Part shown: in pieces, positions 39,967 to 49,074 of the stretch
Position numbering within the stretch: position 1 is the first letter of the stretch
Layout of the letters: the number at the start of each line of letters is the position of its first letter
IMG/VR virus record: IMGVR_UViG_3300037424_001021
Coordinates: 12,161-76,160 of that record
Direction: 5' to 3' (one strand)
From: a virus
Taxonomy: Duplodnaviria > Caudoviricetes
Length of the DNA: 64,000 nucleotides
Notes under the pieces: generated by a model
The model's input: the letters and a program-made list of their open reading frames with translations, nothing else
Database searches by the model: none
Told to the model about the DNA's origin: nothing
Program-made: the position numbers and the translations under genes

Positions 39967-39994
39967 ATTATAATTGATATTAATAATTAATCAA
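39967..39994 (-). promoter_or_regulatory. Sigma70-like promoter for leaderless tnpB transcript
   Basis: Minus strand TTGATT-16 nt-TATAAT followed 6 nt later by the ATG; no SD. Confidence 0.6.
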
Positions 39995-40001
39995 GTATAA
40001 T
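39974..40001 (+). promoter_or_regulatory. Sigma70-like promoter facing baseplate J
   Basis: TTGATA (39974-39979)-16 nt-TATAAT (39996-40001); GAGGT RBS before ATG 40048. Confidence 0.6.
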
Positions 40002-40047
40002 CATTTTATATAGTAAAATGTTAGATCCTTTTTTGAGGTAAAAAATA

Positions 40048-41268
40048 ATGTCTCTTTTCGCTTTATCTGAAAGCAATTTGTTTTCTGAAATTTTAACTGA
40101 TATAGTTGATAACACGAATCTTACTCGTGCATCTCCTGGTTCTAAAACCCGCGCGATTTCGAAAACATTATCAACTCAATTGGGGAACGCTTACAAGAAG
40201 TTCGATGTCAACATTGCTCAAGCATTCGTAGATGGAGCAACTGGAAAGTACCTTGAATTCATTGGAGAATTGCTAAACGTCTCTCGCTTGGGTGCGCAAA
40301 CTGCACAAGTTGGAGTCGTTGATAAAACAGTTCGCTTTTATGTAGATACTGGGACATTTGGAAACATAAACGGCGGGAATTCTATTCTTCTAACAACTGG
40401 AACTAAAATTACTACAGGTTCAGATAATTCAGGTATAGTCTATACCATTCCATATAATGTCGTTCTTTCAGCAAGTGCGTCAGAAGCCTTTGTTCCTGCT
40501 CAGGCAAATTCATCTGGTAGTTTTAATAATGTTGGTAAAAAACAATTAATTTTCCACGATTTTATCAATTACACAGATAATACAAATGATACTTTAAAAG
40601 TCACCAATGATGCAGAAGTTGTTAGTGGTCAAGATGTAGAACCAGAAGCAAACTATCGCTATCGTATAGTCAATAAAATTCTATCATCAGAAGCGGCAAA
40701 TCAAACTTCTATCAGATTGGCGGCTTTATCTGTTCCTGGAGTGGCAGATGTAGTAATTCTTCCTTATCACAAGGGTGTAGGTTCCTTTGAATTACTAATT
40801 AAATCTACTACTCCAAGTGTATCGTCTGGACTAATCGCCGCCGTTCAGGAAATTGTTGACAATACAAAGTCTCTTGGAATTCTCGCCAATGTTCGAGGAC
40901 CAAAAGAAACTGGTATATCTCTAACTGTCACTTTAACTTTACATAAAAGACTTAACAATGCAGAAAAATCAAATCTAATTCAATCTGTAACTAATAACCT
41001 AATTGACTATATAAATAGTCTCGATATCGGCGAATCATTTATTCAGAACGAAGCAATTGAAAGAGTAATGTCTACATCTGCGGAAATCAAAAATATGGGC
41101 ACTGCTACCAATCCATTTGATAGTAAATATATCTATAGAAGTTCAAGACTATCAGACAATAAGGTTCGAAATACTCTTATTGGAGATTTCGATCCGGCTA
41201 TCGATGAGAGATTAACGGTCGAGCTGTCATACGCAGGCGATCAGCCTATCCTCGTGAGGATTGTATAA
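40048..41268 (+). CDS. Baseplate J-like wedge protein
   Basis: DGATGKYLEFIGELLNVSR, SGQDVEPEANYRYRI, AALSVPGVADVVI are gpJ/gp47 family hallmarks. Confidence 0.88.
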   Translation: MSLFALSESNLFSEILTDIVDNTNLTRASPGSKTRAISKTLSTQLGNAYKKFDVNIAQAFVDGATGKYLEFIGELLNVSRLGAQTAQVGVVDKTVRFYVDTGTFGNINGGNSILLTTGTKITTGSDNSGIVYTIPYNVVLSASASEAFVPAQANSSGSFNNVGKKQLIFHDFINYTDNTNDTLKVTNDAEVVSGQDVEPEANYRYRIVNKILSSEAANQTSIRLAALSVPGVADVVILPYHKGVGSFELLIKSTTPSVSSGLIAAVQEIVDNTKSLGILANVRGPKETGISLTVTLTLHKRLNNAEKSNLIQSVTNNLIDYINSLDIGESFIQNEAIERVMSTSAEIKNMGTATNPFDSKYIYRSSRLSDNKVRNTLIGDFDPAIDERLTVELSYAGDQPILVRIV

Positions 41269-41280
41269 CGAGAAGAATTT

Positions 41281-42885
41281 GTGAAGAATTCTAACAAAAC
41301 AAAACAACTGACAGCTTCGTTCCCCGAATGGGCGAAGATTCGAGATGAGCAAAGCATTGGATACACTTTTCTCAATGTCCTTGCTCAACCTCTTGAAGAA
41401 CTAGACAAGCAATTAGAAAAAATGTTGAGAAATCAATACATTCCATCTTTTAATTTAGATGAAATCGACTTGACTTACAAAGTAGAATTACCCTCAACTT
41501 TTTCTTTTACATTAGATTTAACAGACCCAACCAACCCAGTGAAGGTTGCTCCAACTTTGCAAGGCTTAGTAATCAATGATGTTATATCGGGATATGTAGA
41601 TGTCGATATAGCTGAAGATAATGATTTAAAAACTTTTTGGTATGACTCATTACCTAATCGAGTTACCTATGGCGAAGTAGCAAGTGGAGAATATGTCTTA
41701 CTTACATTGTCTAATGATGAGGTTACCTGGTCAGGAGAAATGACCCACCATTTAGCCGATGAATCTTCTGGAGGCGGAAGTCTCTGGATTGAAGTAGCTG
41801 ATGGGACTCCATATATTCGTAAAAATGAAACTCTCAATAGAATTGAAAGATCACAAGTCAGAATAGAAGGAGTGACTCGTAAAGGAACAGAAGACGAAGA
41901 AACGTTCGCATTTGGTTGGGATGAAAAGCAAAAATCTCTCAAAGAATGGCGGCGGATAAATAAAATTGACATCTCACATATGAATACAGGAACTACAATT
42001 CAATTACGTTCTGGAGATTTCAATGAAGGACCTTATTGGTCATTTTGGAATAACAGATTTGCAGATAGTAAAAAGAAGATAGATGAGTTTTTCGATTTAG
42101 GGACTACTATAGCAGGAAATTCTACTCTTGAATATATCAGTCATATATCAGATGATTTCCGTTTACTGATACAGGGTTTTGACGACAAGGAAGTTAAAAA
42201 AAGTTGGGAACTATTAGACGAAGACGATAATACATTAAACTTAGTAGACTTAACAGTTCAACCATTTACAGATAGAATTTGGACAGTTACTTCAGATGGA
42301 CAGCTTTTATGTTATGATTCAAGAGAAGATATGATTGAAAATTTTGAATTCTTAAAAGATAAAACAAGTGGAGCAAACGTTCAATTACAATTCGATTATA
42401 CAAACATTTTATTAGGAGAAGACTTTGTATTTCGGCCTTTACATTTGAGAATAGAACAGGAAATTCTGAAGTATAGAGTATGGTGGACAGACCCAGATGG
42501 AACAGAATATTTTCATACTGATGATGATTGGCTTTTTCCAACTCAAACATTGAGATTATTAGGTGAAGATTTTACAGTAACTCCCGCAATTCGCGGGGAA
42601 TGGTTATTTAATGTTGAAACAGTATTTATTGATGAAACAGAACAAACAGACAAAAGAATAGGAGTCGTAACATATAAAAATCCATTGGTTACTCTTGACT
42701 TATCAAGTATCATTAGCCAACCCATTGTTGGACTTGATTTTGATAATGACCAGCAATTGTGGGTATTAACAGATGACGATTTTTACCATCGTATTGATTT
42801 TCATACAGATATTGCTTTAGTTGATTACAATAACAAGGTAATATATCTAAAAGAAAATTATACAGATTTAAAGGTTACAGTGTAA
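41281..42885 (+). CDS. Putative baseplate structural protein
   Basis: Follows gpJ; acidic, beta-rich; GTG start. Confidence 0.55.
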   Translation: MKNSNKTKQLTASFPEWAKIRDEQSIGYTFLNVLAQPLEELDKQLEKMLRNQYIPSFNLDEIDLTYKVELPSTFSFTLDLTDPTNPVKVAPTLQGLVINDVISGYVDVDIAEDNDLKTFWYDSLPNRVTYGEVASGEYVLLTLSNDEVTWSGEMTHHLADESSGGGSLWIEVADGTPYIRKNETLNRIERSQVRIEGVTRKGTEDEETFAFGWDEKQKSLKEWRRINKIDISHMNTGTTIQLRSGDFNEGPYWSFWNNRFADSKKKIDEFFDLGTTIAGNSTLEYISHISDDFRLLIQGFDDKEVKKSWELLDEDDNTLNLVDLTVQPFTDRIWTVTSDGQLLCYDSREDMIENFEFLKDKTSGANVQLQFDYTNILLGEDFVFRPLHLRIEQEILKYRVWWTDPDGTEYFHTDDDWLFPTQTLRLLGEDFTVTPAIRGEWLFNVETVFIDETEQTDKRIGVVTYKNPLVTLDLSSIISQPIVGLDFDNDQQLWVLTDDDFYHRIDFHTDIALVDYNNKVIYLKENYTDLKVTV

Positions 42886-43788
42886 ATGGCCACTACAAGT
42901 TTTACTCCTTCTTCCTGGCAAGTGCACAACGAGCTAGACTCATTGGGATTACTACTTGGAACTCCCCGCCTTGAAGAAGAAAGAAATATGGAATACAAAC
43001 AACGTCTTTTAGATGTGTTTGTTCATCGTTCGAATTCTACTTATTTAGGTTTGATTTACGGAATTACAAGAGAATTAGGATTGAATATTGCTGAAGTTAT
43101 TAGATTACAACCTGTTATGAATGGTGAAGTCTCATTGGGAAATAATCCCGCCGTTTTGTTTGAAAATACTAAGTGTTACGTTTATAGCGATATCACTGAT
43201 GACGAAAATGGATTAGTTGAGACTTTTGATAGATTTGACGTTTCAAAAGGCGCATTTACTTTGACGCAGTTAGTCGAGAAAATCAACGCAACTGGATATT
43301 TTACAGCAGTTCTTCAAAATAATATCAATGGTAACTTGAGAGCAATGACAATCTATGACCAAGCCAGCACTATATTAGTTCCAAGCGAAAGTATTTCGGG
43401 AGCGGGCGGGATTATTTCTTTAGCCAACCAAAATTTAATTAGTAATACTATAGTTATTAGTTCTTTAAATTTAACAGAAAGAGTTTCAACTTCAGAATTA
43501 TTGGTTAAACAAAATCAATATTATATTGATACTGTAAACGGAATATTATATACTGGTTCAGTGCCAGAACCTGGTTCTCTTATTAGATATAAATACAGAG
43601 ATGATGATTATTATATAAAATCTTCTCCTGTAATTTTACATAATTTACAATCCACCGACTTTAAAACAAAAATGTTTCAACAAGTTCTACAGTTAGATGG
43701 AACAACTGAAAATAGTTTACCAACAGTTCTGGGAACAGAACTTTTAAATGAGCTTTTTAGCGTTTATAACGGATTTTTAGGACCCTAA
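42886..43788 (+). CDS. Putative baseplate wedge protein (gpI-like N-terminus)
   Basis: LDSLGLLLGTPRLEEERNMEYKQRLL resembles the wedge-protein LDxxGxxxGxxRxxxExxxxYRxRL motif. Confidence 0.55.
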   Translation: MATTSFTPSSWQVHNELDSLGLLLGTPRLEEERNMEYKQRLLDVFVHRSNSTYLGLIYGITRELGLNIAEVIRLQPVMNGEVSLGNNPAVLFENTKCYVYSDITDDENGLVETFDRFDVSKGAFTLTQLVEKINATGYFTAVLQNNINGNLRAMTIYDQASTILVPSESISGAGGIISLANQNLISNTIVISSLNLTERVSTSELLVKQNQYYIDTVNGILYTGSVPEPGSLIRYKYRDDDYYIKSSPVILHNLQSTDFKTKMFQQVLQLDGTTENSLPTVLGTELLNELFSVYNGFLGP

Positions 43789-44931
43789 ATGGCTTATATT
43801 ACTGAGAATATCGATACTATATTCGTAATTTTCAATACGGAGGCGGATAAAAATACCGCTTTTGGGTTCGATTCGATCTATACGTCTACAGAGCATCCTA
43901 GTACAGGTAATAAAATAGCAGGATGGAAATGGGATGAAAACTTATGGGCTCAACCAGAAGATTTAGATAGTGAAGAATTTATACCATCAATCTTTGATGC
44001 TACAGAATCTGGTTTACAAGTAACTGATTTCATTTGCGGTATTGGCGATAATGACGATCTAAAATTAGAAAGAGTAACAAAACAAATTATTGACAATACA
44101 GAGTATTGGACCCCATTTATCAATCACGGTTATTATTATATAAACAATCAAGAATCTTACTTATTTAGTGACACTTATCAAGCAGAAATTATTAGACATA
44201 ATAACGTTTATTCGGGTCTTCAGTATATAGATTTTATCTATAATCCAAAACCAACTGTTCCAATTATGATTAGAAGTTTCACTTGGAATCATAACTTGCA
44301 ACGATATGAGATTGCGCAAAATTTCCGAAAAAAGGCGGAATTTACTGGAATTTATACAAGTGGAGAAGAATTAAGTACTTTCAACAATGAAGATTTGTTT
44401 GAATTAGCGAATATAGATATCACTAATCCAGAATTTATGCTAACTGGAGCTATAGAAAGTGGAGTAGGATTAACCGCCTATTTAAATAAGAATTATTCTG
44501 AATGGATAGGAGATGAAAGTTCTTTTTCTAATTTAGAATATTTATATGCAGTCGAAAGTGGAGAATATCATACAAAATATTCTCCACTTGATTTAACAAG
44601 TGGAATGGATGTTTGGGTAGACTCTGGAACTTATACTCCAGAAGAATGGACACGGATTGATTTGGAAACTAATTTCACTCCTGGCCCTGCTAAAGAATAC
44701 AAAGTAGATGAGATACTAGGATTGGTATTATTTGGAGATTACACAAGTTTAAATGCAGGAGGTTCAGGTTTAGAACCAGCACCTTCTTATATAGTTGGTG
44801 CAGCGTATTGTAAAACCGCATTACTTGAATATGAACCAGAAAAGACAATAGATATCATTGAGTTAAGAGATATAAATATCAATTCGTTATATAATGAATC
44901 TTCAAATGGGTTTATAAAGGTTAAGTTGTAA
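43789..44931 (+). CDS. Putative baseplate structural protein
   Basis: Coupled to neighbours; acidic, aromatic, beta-rich; YKVDEILGLVLFG module. Confidence 0.5.
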   Translation: MAYITENIDTIFVIFNTEADKNTAFGFDSIYTSTEHPSTGNKIAGWKWDENLWAQPEDLDSEEFIPSIFDATESGLQVTDFICGIGDNDDLKLERVTKQIIDNTEYWTPFINHGYYYINNQESYLFSDTYQAEIIRHNNVYSGLQYIDFIYNPKPTVPIMIRSFTWNHNLQRYEIAQNFRKKAEFTGIYTSGEELSTFNNEDLFELANIDITNPEFMLTGAIESGVGLTAYLNKNYSEWIGDESSFSNLEYLYAVESGEYHTKYSPLDLTSGMDVWVDSGTYTPEEWTRIDLETNFTPGPAKEYKVDEILGLVLFGDYTSLNAGGSGLEPAPSYIVGAAYCKTALLEYEPEKTIDIIELRDININSLYNESSNGFIKVKL

Positions 44932-44933
44932 TC

Positions 44934-47096
44934 ATGACAACTGTTATTCAAGATACCGATATTTTTGTTAATATTTTTCGACGACGAGAAGTAGCTGAAT
45001 TTACTAATGAATTAACCAAAGATTCAGTCAATATCAGTTATATCGAAAATGAAGAATCAACAAGTGTTAATACTTTAAATATCTTCGATAAATCTTTGAA
45101 TTTAAGTGAAAATACCTCTTTTATTAATACTTCTACAGGCACTTTTCAGACAATAGCATTTTACTTGACAGCTAAGAATGCACTGTTTACATCGATATAT
45201 GCGACATCAGATGGAATTTATCAAGATCAAAATAGTTTACCACTCTTTAGATTTCATTTAATTGATCCATATCATTTGACTCGCGTTGATTTTCAAGACT
45301 GGTCATATATCGATAGCGATCTCACTATAGATGCAAGCAATTCTTTGATTGATATTCAAATCTTAGATCAAAATTTTCAACCTATTCAACTTACCGAACA
45401 ATGGATTGACTGGAATAAGGGCATTATTTATTTAAATTTATACAATCATCTTGATAAATCTACTCAAGTATGTACATTGTATTATATTCAATATACAGTA
45501 CAAACTAACACATCGAATATTACGTATATTGATCTTTTGGATAGTCATCCTTATTATGGAGATCAGGATAGTCAGTATGAAAGCGCAAGAAGATTGGCTA
45601 CGTACCATCGCACAGACGTACCTCTTGTAGGTAATTATTATGAATTTAGCACTATGCAATTTTATAGTATAAAAATTTTAGCTATCCCATTACAAATACA
45701 GTCAATAGATTTGCAACCCAATACAGCCCCATGGTTTCTTAATTGTTCTAAAGGAGGATTTTTCAGGGCTGGACTTAAATATGAAGGCATAGTTTATGAT
45801 TTACAGTATATAGGCTCGCAATCTGCAACGATTCTAACTAATAATTTGATATATACTCCTTTTCCTCTGATGTTCTATCAGGAAACTTGGGCTAACGGAA
45901 GAATTAACATTGAAATCAATGATATCAACAACAAGGCAATTGCTGCTTTTACAAACAGTTCCACTATCGAAGGCACTATTGCTACCAATGGTAGTATTTA
46001 TCAAAAATGGAATACAGCAACTTTAACTGGCATCCAATCAATAGATACATTTAATGGAATTATTCAATTAGCTGGAATTGTATTATTTGATACAGATCAA
46101 GTTTATGTAGATTACGCTATAGGACTAGATAGTGAATATTTCATACAAGATATCGAAGATGGAATAGTCGCTATAGAAAACTTTAATCCATTTATGATTC
46201 CAGAATTAAAAGAGCAAATGGTCGTTATAGCAGTAGAACCTACGCTGTATGATAATTATCAAATCCCGATTTTTTTTATTATTAATAAATATGGTCAAAT
46301 TATTCGTTCTTCGTGGGCTAAGTTTGATAATACTACGCAACGTGTCTCGACATTAGTTTCATTACCTAGTCACACTCGTGACAAATCTCTATATTATTCA
46401 TCTATTCCATCAAATATAACCAATGCAGTATGCTATATAGACGAATTTACAGTTGAAGGTGTGAATAGTTATTCCTTTAAACATTTAGTTCTTGGAGAAG
46501 TGACTTTTAATCCAGTTGGATCTCCTGAAACTATAAAATATAAAGATGTTAGAGTTCGAGGAGGAGGAATACCTTCTATTCAACATGATAATCTTTTATT
46601 AAAAAACCAAGAGATTAGCAATTATACTGACATTGGTTTTTGGGATGGAACTCCTTATCCTGGCAATGGCACTTTTTTGGTAGAAATACCCGCCGATTTG
46701 TTAGAAAATTTTGGGGGGAATTTTAGTCATGAAGCATTAAAAGAAATAATTAGTAACCATATAGCTGTAGGAATCTATCCAATAATTCGAACTTATTGGG
46801 CGGATATAAATATCACAGTTGTCAATCCTTCGTTAAGTCAAATTGATTTACAATGGGAAACTTACAACAATATTATCGAAGTAAGATATAATGTTTATTT
46901 AGCAGATAAAAATAATGGACCTTGGACTAAATTCAATATTTCAGAATTAACAAGTAAAAGTTATTCTTTTACCAATCTATTCGCAAATACTTTATATTAT
47001 ATTAAAATTGAACCAGCGTATCTTAATGAAAATAACGAATGGATAGCAATGCGAAATTCTACAGAAAAGATAATTGAAGTAAAAACTCTTAAATAA
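44934..47096 (+). CDS. Baseplate/tail protein with C-terminal fibronectin type III domain
   Basis: C-terminal SQIDLQWE..RYNVYL..SYSFTNLFANTLYYIKIEP FN3 pattern; DVRVRGGG..WDGTPYPGNG segment. Confidence 0.6.
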   Translation: MTTVIQDTDIFVNIFRRREVAEFTNELTKDSVNISYIENEESTSVNTLNIFDKSLNLSENTSFINTSTGTFQTIAFYLTAKNALFTSIYATSDGIYQDQNSLPLFRFHLIDPYHLTRVDFQDWSYIDSDLTIDASNSLIDIQILDQNFQPIQLTEQWIDWNKGIIYLNLYNHLDKSTQVCTLYYIQYTVQTNTSNITYIDLLDSHPYYGDQDSQYESARRLATYHRTDVPLVGNYYEFSTMQFYSIKILAIPLQIQSIDLQPNTAPWFLNCSKGGFFRAGLKYEGIVYDLQYIGSQSATILTNNLIYTPFPLMFYQETWANGRINIEINDINNKAIAAFTNSSTIEGTIATNGSIYQKWNTATLTGIQSIDTFNGIIQLAGIVLFDTDQVYVDYAIGLDSEYFIQDIEDGIVAIENFNPFMIPELKEQMVVIAVEPTLYDNYQIPIFFIINKYGQIIRSSWAKFDNTTQRVSTLVSLPSHTRDKSLYYSSIPSNITNAVCYIDEFTVEGVNSYSFKHLVLGEVTFNPVGSPETIKYKDVRVRGGGIPSIQHDNLLLKNQEISNYTDIGFWDGTPYPGNGTFLVEIPADLLENFGGNFSHEALKEIISNHIAVGIYPIIRTYWADINITVVNPSLSQIDLQWETYNNIIEVRYNVYLADKNNGPWTKFNISELTSKSYSFTNLFANTLYYIKIEPAYLNENNEWIAMRNSTEKIIEVKTLK

Positions 47097-47097
47097 A

Positions 47098-49074
47098 ATG
47101 GCAAGTTATATTGATAAATATAAAGACACAATAAAACCTAAACAAATAGAACAGGTTTTAAAAGTTCTGAATAGGCAAAAAGATGACGGAGAAATTCGTT
47201 CATTAGAAGAGTTTACCCAAAAGTTAGATTCTTTAGTTAGAGAATTAACTCAAGCCACTTTAACTCCAACACTGAAAATTTTGCAACCAGAACAGAAAAC
47301 AGATTCTGAAATTCATAATTTTATGCTTGATAGAGTTGAAGACGATTTAACCGTCGTTTTTGATGAAGCCCAAAATTTAGAAGTAGTCCAAACCGCTCAT
47401 CATCAAATTATTGTTAATAATACTTTAAAAAAATTGCGGGATAATCTTGCTATTTTAAATACGAAAATGGATGTATACGAGTTTATTGCCAATAATACTT
47501 ATGGATTTGATAGTGCAATATTTTCGGTATTTGGCACATCTAAAAATGACCAACTTCAAAAAAATGAATTAACAAAAAGTCTATTTATAGATCCCAAAAC
47601 TGGGAAAGAATTTCCTGAAACAGAAATCGCTCATTTAGGTTTAGACGATAAAGAGTTAACACTTAGAACTGCAATTAAAAATTATTTTAATATCATTTCT
47701 GTAATAGAAAATATCGATGAAATTGATATTGGAATATTTGATACAACTTATTTTCCATTAGAAAATGCGATAGACAATGATGACCAAACTTTTGCAAGCA
47801 AAGAAATTATCAGTTTAGATAGTGTAGAATACAAAACATTGGTATTAGAATTAAGTTTAGAAGGTATTAAGTCAATTAATTTTCTTGAATTGTCAATTCC
47901 AGAAAGCAAAGATAACTTGAGACTATATAGTATCAAATATTTAGATAATGATAACGTCATTCAGACTATTTCTATTCCAGACGTAAGATTGACTGCCCAT
48001 GAAGTATTTAGATTTTTAACAGTTTCAGCTCAAAGAATTTATCTTGAATTTAGAAACTATAGTGGAACATATTTTGAAAATAAATTTGAAAAAGAAATTC
48101 AATGGAACAATATACCGATTGAAACTAACGTATATAAGCTATTAAAAGATAATATTAGTTCAAATTTCATAAATGCTAATGCTTTACCACAAATTACCAT
48201 TCAAGAAGAAACTATCAAAGGCTGGAAATATCTTTTTAATTTTATTTCCATAAAATGTGGATTTATAAAATATGAACCTAAGACTTGTTATATAAGTCAA
48301 CCCTTCGAAATAGAAGATGTAATGAATATAGGATTAAAAACTGACTATCAAATACCTTTAAAGGGAACTGATGGAGTATTTTTATACGACAAAAATGAAA
48401 TCAAAAATAACTTACTACCTACTACTCAACAATATCTTGGGAATATAGAGTATTGGATCGTCAAAGAAGATCTAGACGATCATGACAATAAGCTATCTAA
48501 TTTAATCTTTAGAATTCTACCATTAAATAAAACCATATTCGAAGATCTAATTTTTCTAACTTGGAATCCCATCAGTTTGCTGTCTTATGGTTATTATATG
48601 TTTTTGGCTACAAGAGTAAGCAACTCAGTATTGCGATTAAATTCTATCAATTTAACCTATCCAACTGACTACTCTTTTCTTATAGAATATAAACCGCCAA
48701 ATGATAATAAAGAATTAAGTCGCATTCGGATTTATGATATTAAAAATTCTGATGGCTATTCAACACTTAGCGACATCTGTACTTTATGGAATACTTTTCA
48801 AGTATCAAGTACAGTTGCCTTGCCTCGCTTTGTTCTTTATGATCCTCCTTATAATCCATTCTCAGTTTCAGATCTTGCTGGAGATTTGTCAATTCGATGG
48901 AACTGGAATAACGTCATTGGAATTGAAAAATTTAATCCTAAAATACGCAAATATAGATTTTATTTAATGATTATATTGCGACAAACATTTAATAATCAAT
49001 CCGTAACTCCTATAGTAAATAACTACAAGCTATTTTTTGGAAAAATAGAACAAGATAAGTTTAAAGGTATCTAA
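47098..49074 (+). CDS. Baseplate/fibre-network protein, paralogue 1
   Basis: Shares N-terminal DLxxLxxE helix and C-terminal TPxxxxY motif with the next two genes. Confidence 0.55.
   Translation: MASYIDKYKDTIKPKQIEQVLKVLNRQKDDGEIRSLEEFTQKLDSLVRELTQATLTPTLKILQPEQKTDSEIHNFMLDRVEDDLTVVFDEAQNLEVVQTAHHQIIVNNTLKKLRDNLAILNTKMDVYEFIANNTYGFDSAIFSVFGTSKNDQLQKNELTKSLFIDPKTGKEFPETEIAHLGLDDKELTLRTAIKNYFNIISVIENIDEIDIGIFDTTYFPLENAIDNDDQTFASKEIISLDSVEYKTLVLELSLEGIKSINFLELSIPESKDNLRLYSIKYLDNDNVIQTISIPDVRLTAHEVFRFLTVSAQRIYLEFRNYSGTYFENKFEKEIQWNNIPIETNVYKLLKDNISSNFINANALPQITIQEETIKGWKYLFNFISIKCGFIKYEPKTCYISQPFEIEDVMNIGLKTDYQIPLKGTDGVFLYDKNEIKNNLLPTTQQYLGNIEYWIVKEDLDDHDNKLSNLIFRILPLNKTIFEDLIFLTWNPISLLSYGYYMFLATRVSNSVLRLNSINLTYPTDYSFLIEYKPPNDNKELSRIRIYDIKNSDGYSTLSDICTLWNTFQVSSTVALPRFVLYDPPYNPFSVSDLAGDLSIRWNWNNVIGIEKFNPKIRKYRFYLMIILRQTFNNQSVTPIVNNYKLFFGKIEQDKFKGI

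Noticed and set aside
39990-39994. TTGAT upstream of tnpB as an ISDra2-type target/TAM marking the left end
   Set aside because: Coincides with the -35 box, no IS605-type left-end hairpin or tnpA, and this TnpB is of a different (rearranged) type.
13803-41268. Interpretation as an extracellular contractile injection system or tailocin
   Set aside because: Portal, prohead protease and major capsid genes are present in the same operon.
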